DNA from: an uncultured Pseudomonadota bacterium
GTDB taxonomy: Bacteria; Pseudomonadota; Alphaproteobacteria; RUG11792
NCBI GenBank assembly: GCA_902769055.1
Contig: CACXNL010000003.1
Location: 20,693-84,692 of the forward strand
Direction: 5' to 3'
Length of the DNA stretch: 64,000 bases
This document shows, one piece after another, positions 37,503-45,370 of this stretch (positions are counted from its first letter, which is position 1; each line of letters starts with the position of its first letter). Under the pieces are notes generated by a model, which saw nothing but the letters and a program-made list of their open reading frames with translations, searched no databases and had not been told where the DNA came from. A program made the position numbers and the translations under genes.

Positions 37503-38849
37503 TTATAATTCGATATAGCGAATAGTGCTGAGGAACATCGATTGAGCGCACTCGATTTCTGAATTGGTCTTTGCTTCTATCATAACTCTGGTCACCGGTT
37601 CTGTCCCCGACTTCCGGACGACAATTCTGCCATTATCACGAAGCATTTCGTTTATTTTATTGATACAATCCGAAATTCTTGCATCAGACAAGTCGAGAAT
37701 TCGCGGTATATTTTTCATAATTTGTGGATACGGCGTGTACAAACTTCTGATTTCACTAGCTCTCTCCTTGTTCTGTTGCAAGAAACTCAGTATCTGTATT
37801 GCTGAAATACAGCCATCACCAGTCGACGAGTAATCAATCGGAACAATGTGTCCGGACTTCTCACCGCCAATATTCGCGCCAATTTCCACCATTTTCTGTA
37901 TGACAAACTTGTCGCCGACATTCGTTCTGACAAGATTTAGCCCAATCGAATTCAGGTACTTCTCCATCCCCATATTCGACATAATCGTTGCGACAACGTT
38001 ATTACTCCTGAGTTTCCCAGAAGTTTTCCATGAAGTTGCAATCGCCGCTATCAGATAATCACCATCGATTACTTCACCTTTTTCATCAACTACAATCAGC
38101 CTATCCGCATCGCCGTCAAGCGCTATGCCAATATCCGCCTGATGCTCAACTACGGTTCGTTGCAACAATTCAGTATGAGTAGCGCCGCAATCTTTATTGA
38201 TATTTAATCCATCAGGTTCATTACCAATTTGTATTATCTCAGCGCCAAGCTCCCAGAAAATTTGCGGGGCTATTTTATAAGATGCGCCATTAGCAGTATC
38301 CAAGGCAATTTTTAGCCCAGATAAACTGAGGCTTTTCGGAAATGAACTTTTCACAAACTCAACATAACGTCCCTGCGCATCGTCTAGCCGCCGGGCTTTT
38401 CCCATATCTTCAGTCGCGCTTAATTTCGGATGATTGTGAAATATTTCACTAATCTTGATTTCTTCATCTTCGATAATCTTAAAGCCACTCGCATTAAAAA
38501 ACTTTATACCATTGTCATAATACGGATTGTGCGATGCTGAAATTACGACCCCCAAATCCGCCCTAAGCGACCGCGTCATAAAAGCTACTGCCGGAGTCGG
38601 AATTGGTCCCAACAAGACGACATCAGCTCCAGCGGCTATGAAACCTGAAGTCAGCGCCGGCTCCAGCATATAGCCGGAAAGCCGCGTATCCTTGCCAATT
38701 ACCACAGTGAACTTATTGTTTACACTACGGTGACTTGTGGTCGCGTAGTAGTTCACGACGGAGACCGCCAGTTTCATCGCATTTTCAGGCGTTATATACC
38801 CCTCATTCGCCCTTCCTCTAACACCGTCTGTTCCAAAAATATTATCCAT
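37503..38849 (-). CDS. glmM: Phosphoglucosamine mutase
   Basis: 448 aa. GTDGVRG, phosphoserine loop ISASHNPYYDNG, metal loop DGDADR, GEKSGH. Confidence 0.93.
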   Translation of the reverse strand: MDNIFGTDGVRGRANEGYITPENAMKLAVSVVNYYATTSHRSVNNKFTVVIGKDTRLSGYMLEPALTSGFIAAGADVVLLGPIPTPAVAFMTRSLRADLGVVISASHNPYYDNGIKFFNASGFKIIEDEEIKISEIFHNHPKLSATEDMGKARRLDDAQGRYVEFVKSSFPKSLSLSGLKIALDTANGASYKIAPQIFWELGAEIIQIGNEPDGLNINKDCGATHTELLQRTVVEHQADIGIALDGDADRLIVVDEKGEVIDGDYLIAAIATSWKTSGKLRSNNVVATIMSNMGMEKYLNSIGLNLVRTNVGDKFVIQKMVEIGANIGGEKSGHIVPIDYSSTGDGCISAIQILSFLQQNKERASEIRSLYTPYPQIMKNIPRILDLSDARISDCINKINEMLRDNGRIVVRKSGTEPVTRVMIEAKTNSEIECAQSMFLSTIRYIEL

Positions 38850-40738
38850 TATTCCTCATCGCTTGTTGGCAATCCGCCCAGTTTAAAATCGTCCAGGTCA
38901 TCCTCTATAGGCGCTGCCCTTTTGAGCTTTTTGCCCTCAAAAATCCGCTTTACCTCATCTCCAGTTAAAGTCTCGTGCTCCAGCAGGCTAAGCGCCATAC
39001 GCTCCAGTTTCTTTTTATGTTTCGTAATCATTCCTTTTACCTCCGCATACGCCGCCTCTATTATGGCTTTGACCTCGGAATCGATAGTCTCGGAAGTATT
39101 CTGAGATATTTGGTCGCTCGCATCCAAGTAATACCCATCAGCAGAATCGTAGAACGTCCTTAAACCTATTTTGTCGCTCATTCCCCACTTTATAACCATT
39201 TTCTTAGCTACATCCGTCGCCTGTTTCAAATCCGACGATGCACCAGTAGTTATGTTGTCCTGTCCGAAGAATATTTCTTCTGCGGCTCGTCCACCAAGTG
39301 ATACTCGTATATTTGACAACAACTCGGTCTTTGTTACCGATACTTTGTCTTTCTCTGGCAGCCTCACGACCATACCCAAAGCGCCGCCGCGCGGAATTAT
39401 CGTGACCTTATGTATCGGGTCACATTGTGGAACCAAAAGTGCAATGAGTGCGTGTCCAGCCTCGTGATACGCGGTATTCCGCTTTTCCTCATCCGTCATA
39501 CTCATCGATTTCCGCTCAGCTCCCATAATGACTTTGTCCTTAGCCAATTCGAAATCCTTCATAGCAACCGACAATTTGTCGTCACGAGCCGCCAAAAGCG
39601 CTGCTTCATTGACCAAATTTGCCAACTCTGCTCCTGAAAATCCAGGTGTACCACGCGCTACTGTCTTCAGATCAACATCCGGAGAAAGCGGAACATTTTT
39701 TGTATGCACAGTCAAAATTTTCTCACGCCCATTCATATCCGGGTACTGCACCGTAATGCGCCGGTCAAACCGCCCAGGACGTAGCAACGCCGGATCGAGT
39801 ATATCGGCGCGATTAGTTGCTGCCAACACTATAACGCCTTGATTTTCATCAAATCCGTCCATTTCGACTAATAACTGGTTCAATGTTTGTTCTCGCTCAT
39901 CATTACCTCCTCGCCCGCTGTCACGACGACGCCCAACCGCATCTATTTCATCAATGAATATTATGCAAGGCGAATTTTTCTTAGCTGTCTCGAATATATC
40001 ACGTACCCTACTGGCACCGACACCGACGAATACTTCAACAAAATCTGAGCCAGAAATGCTGAAAAACGGCACACCCGCTTCGCCCGCAATGGCTTTTGCC
40101 AGCAAAGTTTTCCCATTTCCAGGATCACCAACAAGCAGCATACCTCGCGGTATTTTGCCTCCCAGCCTTTGATATTTTTGCGGCGCCTTCAAGAAATCAA
40201 CGATTTCCTCCAATTCTTGCTTTGCCTCATCTATTCCGGCAACATCCGCGAACGTAATTTTGATTTTTTTCGGCTGGAACATTTTCGCTTTTGATTTGCC
40301 TATGCCGAAAGCACCTCCTCCGAAGCCACCGCCTTTCCCGCCTCCCTGCATTTGGCGCGCCGAATATATCATAAGCCCAATCAGAAGTAGGAATGGGAAC
40401 CACTGTATTAGCGCCGATACCAGGTATCCCCAACCCGAATCGCCGCTTTCAACTTTTATCTCGACGCCATTATCTAGCAATTTCTCGACCATTTTCGCAT
40501 CATATGGCGTAATCGTGCTAAATACAGACCCATCATTGAGCACACCAGTGAGCTTTGACGAGGTGTTTCGAATATTCACCTCTTTCACATCTCCGGCAGA
40601 AACCGCTTTTATGAATTTAGAGTATGTGATTTCCTTCGGATTACCTCCTAATATTTTCGAGTCAAATGGCGCAGCTATCAAAAACAATAAGCCGATTAAA
40701 AATATCCACGATAGAATATTTTTTGTATTTCTGTTCAT
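38849..40738 (-). CDS. ftsH: ATP-dependent zinc metalloprotease FtsH
   Basis: Two N-terminal TM helices, Walker [12 protein letters not shown], Walker [12 protein letters not shown], zinc motif HEAGHAL. Met at 40738 ([11 protein letters not shown]) is preferred because the ORF-track extension contains a terminator hairpin. Confidence 0.95.
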   Translation of the reverse strand: MNRNTKNILSWIFLIGLLFLIAAPFDSKILGGNPKEITYSKFIKAVSAGDVKEVNIRNTSSKLTGVLNDGSVFSTITPYDAKMVEKLLDNGVEIKVESGDSGWGYLVSALIQWFPFLLLIGLMIYSARQMQGGGKGGGFGGGAFGIGKSKAKMFQPKKIKITFADVAGIDEAKQELEEIVDFLKAPQKYQRLGGKIPRGMLLVGDPGNGKTLLAKAIAGEAGVPFFSISGSDFVEVFVGVGASRVRDIFETAKKNSPCIIFIDEIDAVGRRRDSGRGGNDEREQTLNQLLVEMDGFDENQGVIVLAATNRADILDPALLRPGRFDRRITVQYPDMNGREKILTVHTKNVPLSPDVDLKTVARGTPGFSGAELANLVNEAALLAARDDKLSVAMKDFELAKDKVIMGAERKSMSMTDEEKRNTAYHEAGHALIALLVPQCDPIHKVTIIPRGGALGMVVRLPEKDKVSVTKTELLSNIRVSLGGRAAEEIFFGQDNITTGASSDLKQATDVAKKMVIKWGMSDKIGLRTFYDSADGYYLDASDQISQNTSETIDSEVKAIIEAAYAEVKGMITKHKKKLERMALSLLEHETLTGDEVKRIFEGKKLKRAAPIEDDLDDFKLGGLPTSDEE

Positions 40739-40810
40739 TTCCAATGCTCGAAAGTTCTTTACGCCGCCATTATACCACCTAATCTCATGTGGTGGCTTCT
40801 TTTTTAATAC

Positions 40811-40841
40811 AAAAAGCACATCACCCGTTCAGGTGGTGTGC
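40811..40841 (-). terminator. Rho-independent terminator of family gene B
   Basis: Minus strand reads GCACACCACC-tgaacg-GGTGATGTGC (one mismatch) followed by T5. The sequence is related to the gene A terminator. Confidence 0.65.
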
Positions 40842-40866
40842 CTCGCGTTTCAAGATTTGTGGCGTT

Positions 40867-41724
40867 TTACTTCAACTTAAAGACAGATTTTACTTTTTGC
40901 CATCCAAAGGTAAATCCGCTCTTAATAGCAGTCCAGGCACGGGTTATTCCGCTCTTGACTGTAGTCGCCACTTTGCTATACCAAGGTTTTAACTCTATCT
41001 TCTTTTCGATTATTGTAGATTGACCTTTAAAGAATTCGTTATATTTTATTGGTATTGGTGATTCTTGCTTTTTTACGAAATCGGGCACAGATTGCCCTGT
41101 CTTTTCTTCGTATATTTTATTGAAGGGAAGTGCATCGGCCTCCTTTCTTATGCGGTCACCCTCGCCTTGTTTCTGTGTGAGAGTTATGGTTCCAGTATTA
41201 TCGTTACTCTCTTTAGAAGTACTCAGTTCCTTATTATTCTTTTTATCGTCATTCGTTTTGTCGTCGTTCTCACGTTTTAGATCATATATCTCATTTTCGA
41301 TGCTTAGATCTTGATCGTCGTCTTCTGGGAGCTCTATGATGCTGTGAAGTTTGTTTAGGTATTTACTCGATATTATGAAACTCTTGTTTAGTATGTCGTT
41401 GTGATCTTTCGCCTCTGTGTCCTCCTTATTATCTTTTTCATCCTCGTGATTGTCGGTTAGACCAGATTGCTTCTGATTGTTATTCCTGACGTACGGTACC
41501 CCCACCTTACCTAACGCTTTAGCTACAGTGACAGGCATAGTCTCTCCCTCATATATTCGCGGAGCCTTGTTTTTCTCAACATTTGTCGTCACAACAGGTT
41601 TCTCATCATTGATGATGTTTATCTCGTTCTGTATTTCAGCGCTATTAGCTTCCTCGACACTACCCGTTACTGAGAACAGCACTGTGCCGCCCAATAATAG
41701 AGCTTTGTTTTTCTTCATTTGCAT
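40867..41724 (-). CDS. Family member B: secreted acidic protein with the conserved Trp/Lys tail
   Basis: 285 aa. MQMKKNKALLLGGTVLFSVTGSVEEANS signal peptide, D/E/N/K-rich core, tail KPWYSKVATTVKSGITRAWTAIKSGFTFGWQKVKSVFKLK. Confidence 0.8.
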   Translation of the reverse strand: MQMKKNKALLLGGTVLFSVTGSVEEANSAEIQNEINIINDEKPVVTTNVEKNKAPRIYEGETMPVTVAKALGKVGVPYVRNNNQKQSGLTDNHEDEKDNKEDTEAKDHNDILNKSFIISSKYLNKLHSIIELPEDDDQDLSIENEIYDLKRENDDKTNDDKKNNKELSTSKESNDNTGTITLTQKQGEGDRIRKEADALPFNKIYEEKTGQSVPDFVKKQESPIPIKYNEFFKGQSTIIEKKIELKPWYSKVATTVKSGITRAWTAIKSGFTFGWQKVKSVFKLK

Positions 41725-41963
41725 TTTTTAATACCTTTTTTAAAACCACAAGCTAATTATCCCCCCCCGCGACTTTTGTCAACACATTTTTTAACTTTTT
41801 TTACAAAAGTCGTATAAAAAAATAAAAATTGCACCAGAAGCCTTGATTTCCTAGGCTAAATGTATAGAATTTGCGATAATTTTTTTTTGGTAACGGCGAC
41901 GCATCATGCGCGACGCAATTTTTGCACAGGCGCATCCCTTGCTTTTTTGTGAGAAGAATGAAT
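41553..41963 (-). repeat. Family 5' cassette, copy B (inverted relative to copies A and C)
   Basis: The reverse complement aligns by eye with 35959-36368 from gaattCATTCTTCT.. through the promoter, 5' UTR and first ~58 codons. Confidence 0.8.
41756..41782 (-). promoter_or_regulatory. Family promoter of gene B with a G8 tract in the spacer
   Basis: Minus strand reads TTGACA-aaagtcgc-G8-ATAAT, so the -10 box is GATAAT and the spacer is 15 nt. The tract is C8 at 41761-41768 on the plus strand. Confidence 0.5.
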
Positions 41964-41990
41964 TCTGATACCTCCCTACGCAATTACACC

Positions 41991-42067
41991 TGGTGTCCCC
42001 GGTGGGATTTGAACCTACGACCTCAGGATTAGGAATCCTACGCTCTATCCATCTGAGCTACGAGGAC
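41991..42067 (-). tRNA. tRNA-Arg (anticodon CCU)
   Basis: 77-nt cloverleaf on the minus strand: acceptor GTCCTCG/CGGGGAC (one G-U), D-arm GCTC-AGATGGATA-GAGC, anticodon arm TAGGA-TTCCTAA-TCCTG, T-arm GTAGG-TTCAAAT-CCCAC (one A-C mismatch), ACCA end. Confidence 0.85.
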
Positions 42068-42249
42068 ACGCGCTTCATTGTAGCACGTAGGCGCCGGTGC
42101 CACAAACCATCTTCTACCGCAACGAATAATTGTCACTGGTGGCGGGAGAAAAAATTCAATAAATGCCGAAAACTTAAGCTGTCCATCACAAACGTTAGAA
42201 ATATTTCTCGCATGTGTGTTTTGAACAAAGAAAAATGTTAACAAATATG

Positions 42250-42278
42250 TTGCCGTGAGCAATGATATGAGTTACAAT
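42250..42278 (+). promoter_or_regulatory. Predicted canonical promoter of family gene G, with no homopolymer tract
   Basis: TTGCCG - 17 nt (tgagcaatgatatgagt) - TACAAT, about 34 nt upstream of GTG 42312. The flanking sequence (aaaaatgttaacaaatatgttg) matches the family promoter module. Confidence 0.55.
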
Positions 42279-42311
42279 TGCTCTGTAAGTTTTAAAGAGG
42301 TGTTTTTTAAG

Positions 42312-43352
42312 GTGGAGACAAGAAATATAGTGCTGAGCGGTGCCGTGCTGTTTTCGGTAATCGGAAGTGTAGAGGTGGCGAATGGCGCTGTGTTAAATCA
42401 AGAGATGAAATCAGAATTGGGGGGGGGCAACCACAATTTTCGATCTTCGCTAGCTCCTCTGAAAGGCAAATCTGAATTTGCGGAAGATGCAATAACGCAA
42501 TTGCCTTTGGGGAAAACTAGTAAACCTGGTTTGCTACAGCACGATATGCGAAAAACAGCGGCTATGAGTGAGGATCTTGGTTATCTCAGCACTGAAGGTG
42601 ATATGGCTGAAGATGACCTAGAAGAGCAAAATGCAAATATTTCAGATAATTCCATTGAATTATATATTGTCAATGAAAATAAAGTTGACAAAGGTGAAGA
42701 AATACGTACACACAAAACCATGATAAGCGTGTTGGACGAATTTAAGGACGACGCCTATAACGATGCAAAGAACGAAGATATAAACGAGAATAGCGCCGAT
42801 AAGGAATATGATTTCGATATTGATGATGATCCCGAATATGACGAAGCAGTAAGAAAGCACAAAGATATGATGAAGCGAGGATGTGAAGATAAAAAGGAAT
42901 ACAGTAGCCATGACACTCAAAACGTTGAGGAGTTTATACAGCCTGCGGAGCCACAAAATAGCGGGCGTACTGAGATAACAGAACAACATCGCTACAGGGT
43001 ATCGTCATTTACCATGGAGTTCTCGCCAACGTCATTTACCATGAATCAATCGGGTAACATGACGTTTTCTATAGTGAAGGAAAAAGATTGTGCTGATGAC
43101 GATATCTACCGTCAGCTTTACGAAGTTGCCATGAAGAAAGCCGACGAGACATGGAAGCATGAGCTGTGGATGCAACAACTCTCTTGGTTTGAGCGCACTG
43201 TATACAAGCTGAAAAAGTCGGTGAGTTGTATCGTGCATAAAGCATGCACAACCTTATCAAGGTTTGCGTCCAAATTCACGTCTATCTTCAAAAAGAAGAA
43301 TAGTTCGATTATTTCAAAGAGGATACGTGGAGAGGTTCCGCCTCTAGCGTGA
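42312..43352 (+). CDS. Family member G: secreted acidic protein with a G9 tract in the coding region
   Basis: Probable GTG start after AAGAGG. Signal peptide (V)ETRNIVLSGAVLFSVIGSVEVANG, acidic core, basic tail LSWFERTVYKLKKSVSCIVHKACTTLSRFASKFTSIFKKK. The ORF-track ATG at 42255 lies inside the predicted promoter. Confidence 0.7.
   Translation: METRNIVLSGAVLFSVIGSVEVANGAVLNQEMKSELGGGNHNFRSSLAPLKGKSEFAEDAITQLPLGKTSKPGLLQHDMRKTAAMSEDLGYLSTEGDMAEDDLEEQNANISDNSIELYIVNENKVDKGEEIRTHKTMISVLDEFKDDAYNDAKNEDINENSADKEYDFDIDDDPEYDEAVRKHKDMMKRGCEDKKEYSSHDTQNVEEFIQPAEPQNSGRTEITEQHRYRVSSFTMEFSPTSFTMNQSGNMTFSIVKEKDCADDDIYRQLYEVAMKKADETWKHELWMQQLSWFERTVYKLKKSVSCIVHKACTTLSRFASKFTSIFKKKNSSIISKRIRGEVPPLA
42419..42427 (+). 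repeat. Intragenic G9 homopolymer (codons for Gly-Gly-Gly) about 36 codons into gene G
   Basis: gaa ttg GGG GGG GGc aac. Read by hand, a -1 slip reaches TAG after 10 codons and a +1 slip reaches TGA after about 19 codons. Confidence 0.9.
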
Positions 43353-43562
43353 GAGGATTACTTTTTCACTAATTACGAAGCTGTTGATGAGACATCATCG
43401 TCAGCTTCAGTGCGTGAAGCGGGCGATGCTACGTTTCGTGGCTGTGTCGTTATAAGCAAAAAGGATTGTAGCAAAATCTCCGATTTCTCGAATGGTAAAT
43501 TTGGACTTCGGACATAAGGATAAACTTTTTGGATAATTTTTAACATAAAAGATACAAATAGT

Positions 43563-43591
43563 ATTGACATATGATGCGGGGGGGGGGACAA
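43563..43591 (+). promoter_or_regulatory. Family promoter of gene D with a G10 tract in the spacer
   Basis: TTGACA-tatgatgc-G10(43577-43586)-ACAAT, so the -10 box is GACAAT and the spacer is exactly 17 nt. Confidence 0.55.
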
Positions 43592-43623
43592 TATGCCCCG
43601 TAAACTTCGATGGAGTGTTAAGA

Positions 43624-44919
43624 ATGAAAAGAAATAATTTGTTGCTGGGCGGCACAGTGCTGTTCTTGGTATCTGGGGGTATGGAGATGGCACATGCCTC
43701 TGAGATGAAGCATGAGGTGACCTGGAAGACGCGACTGAATTTTGATATGCCAAAGACAATAAGTCAAAAGCTGGGAGCGCCGGAAAGAGGTTTCCGCTCT
43801 GCGCAAAGGATAATGCAGGGTGGTAAAGCTCACACAAAGTTGCCTAGTTTTCAGAGCAACAGTACAGAGGATGATCAAAGCGACGGCAACGGGGTGGCTG
43901 AGGAGTTAGATCAAAAGTTTGTCAGTGGACAAAAGATACGCGAAGATTTTGAATACAACGTGGGCATGGAGGAGTTCGGCGAGGAAACACTCGGTGAAAA
44001 TCTCCCTGGGGTAGGGAAAGTATCTGGAAGCGTAATTGGCACTTCGGGCTCGTATTTTAAGAACACCGTTCACAAGAAGGATGGCGTGGATCTTTCGGAG
44101 AAGAGTATCGACCCAAAAGTTAAGGCGCAAAACACGTATAGTTTTACGCAAAAAAGCAAAGAGTTCGATGACATGATGGGGCTAGATGAAGGCGTCGATC
44201 CGATCAGCTGCTTAGTTCCGAGTTCAAATAAGGGTGATAAGAATGACGTGGCTCTCGGGAAAGTACATCCATACAGTCCTAAAAGTGCGTTAAGGTACTT
44301 TACGCATACGCATAAGAAGGGGGATCGTCGTGAAGGTAATGAATCTGAGATAATAGAACCGCAGAGTGCCTTGTATAACATAAGCAATGCGATTACCACG
44401 AACAAGCTGGAGATTAACGACAAGAAAAACGAGGACGATGAAGAAATACCGAATATAAAGAGAAACCTAGGCGAGGACTTTGCTGAGGATTTCCAGAATG
44501 AAGACGAGGTGAACGATAAGGAGAACGCAATTGGAATAAAGGAAGATCAAGGTAATTGCTCAGAAGATGTTAAAGGGGACGATAAAATCGAAAACGCTAA
44601 TAATGAAGAGAAAGTAAAAGGAGAATCAGCCGATAAAGACGCGCAGTTGAATAATATAGCCCTGAACGCGAGCAAAGAACTTCAGATTAACGAGCAGGTT
44701 TTGGGCAAACAGACCACAGATGAAATAATCGACCCGAGTACTAAACAAAGCGAGACTATAAAGAAGAACAGCGACGATGATAATAATAACAAAATAGTCG
44801 TTGAGTATGAAAAGCCAAGAAAGTGGTACAGTGGTATTATTTCAGTAATAAAGCGCGCTGTAAATTACGTGGTAACTTCCATCAAATCTGGATGGAAAAG
44901 TCTGAAATCTCGATTTTAA
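43624..44919 (+). CDS. Family member D: secreted acidic protein with the conserved Trp/Lys tail
   Basis: Start MKRNNLLLGGTVLFLVSGGMEMAHA after GGAG. 431 aa. E/D/N/K-rich C-terminal half. Tail RKWYSGIISVIKRAVNYVVTSIKSGWKSLKSRF. Confidence 0.8.
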   Translation: MKRNNLLLGGTVLFLVSGGMEMAHASEMKHEVTWKTRLNFDMPKTISQKLGAPERGFRSAQRIMQGGKAHTKLPSFQSNSTEDDQSDGNGVAEELDQKFVSGQKIREDFEYNVGMEEFGEETLGENLPGVGKVSGSVIGTSGSYFKNTVHKKDGVDLSEKSIDPKVKAQNTYSFTQKSKEFDDMMGLDEGVDPISCLVPSSNKGDKNDVALGKVHPYSPKSALRYFTHTHKKGDRREGNESEIIEPQSALYNISNAITTNKLEINDKKNEDDEEIPNIKRNLGEDFAEDFQNEDEVNDKENAIGIKEDQGNCSEDVKGDDKIENANNEEKVKGESADKDAQLNNIALNASKELQINEQVLGKQTTDEIIDPSTKQSETIKKNSDDDNNNKIVVEYEKPRKWYSGIISVIKRAVNYVVTSIKSGWKSLKSRF

Positions 44920-44929
44920 ACTTACTTCC

Positions 44930-44963
44930 GGAGCGAACTGATACAGGCTCGCTCCGTTTTTTT
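44930..44963 (+). terminator. Rho-independent terminator of gene D
   Basis: GGAGCGA-actgatacaggc-TCGCTCC, then G and T7. Confidence 0.7.
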
Positions 44964-45041
44964 AAATCACCATAGATAAAGGATTGTGCTCTTCTGTGGG
45001 ATTAGCGCTAGCTGGGAGATGCGTTACTTTCGACGAAAGAA

Positions 45042-45370
45042 ATTGTCGCAAATTTTACAGATTAAAGCTAGGAAATCAAGGCTTCTGGTGCAGATTTTAT
45101 TTTTTTTACGATTTTGGTAAAAAAAGTTAAAAAATATGTTGACAAAGGTCGCGGGGGGGAGAATTAACTTGTAGTTTTGAAAAAGGTATTAAAAAATGCA
45201 AATGAAGAAAAACAAAGTCCTGTTATTAGGCGGCACAGTGTTGTTCTCAGTAATGGGCGGTATCGAAAAAGCTAATAGCGCAGAAATACAGAACGAGATA
45301 AACATCATCAACAAAGAGAAACCTATTGTGATAAACAACACTGAGGAAAACAAGGCTCCGCGCATGGATG
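45042..45370 (+). repeat. Family 5' cassette, copy C
   Basis: Aligns by eye with 36040-36368 (..tcgcaaatttta..aatcaaggcttctggtgc..ttgaca..atgcaaatgaagaaaaacaaagtcctgttatt..). Confidence 0.75.
45139..45164 (+). promoter_or_regulatory. Family promoter of gene C with a G7 tract in the spacer
   Basis: TTGACA-aaggtcgc-G7(45153-45159)-AGAAT. With a GAGAAT -10 box, the spacer is 14 nt. Confidence 0.45.

Noticed and set aside
40739-40819. N-terminal extension of ftsH (MLFVLKKKPPHEIRWYNGGVKNFRALE)
   Set aside because: It contains the terminator hairpin and T-run of the upstream family gene B, and it is not homologous to FtsH N-termini. Met at 40738 is used.
43377-43408. 14-bp imperfect hairpin (GAAGCTGTTGATGA-gaca-TCATCGTCAGCTTC) downstream of family gene G
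   Set aside because: It has a 2-nt internal mismatch and no T-run on either strand. It is a possible terminator but is not supported well enough to list as a feature.
43564-43623. ORF-track N-terminal extension of family gene D (MTYDAGGGTICPVNFDGVLR)
   Set aside because: The extension translates the -35 box, the G10 tract and the 5' UTR. The homologous signal peptide starts at ATG 43624, preceded by GGAG.
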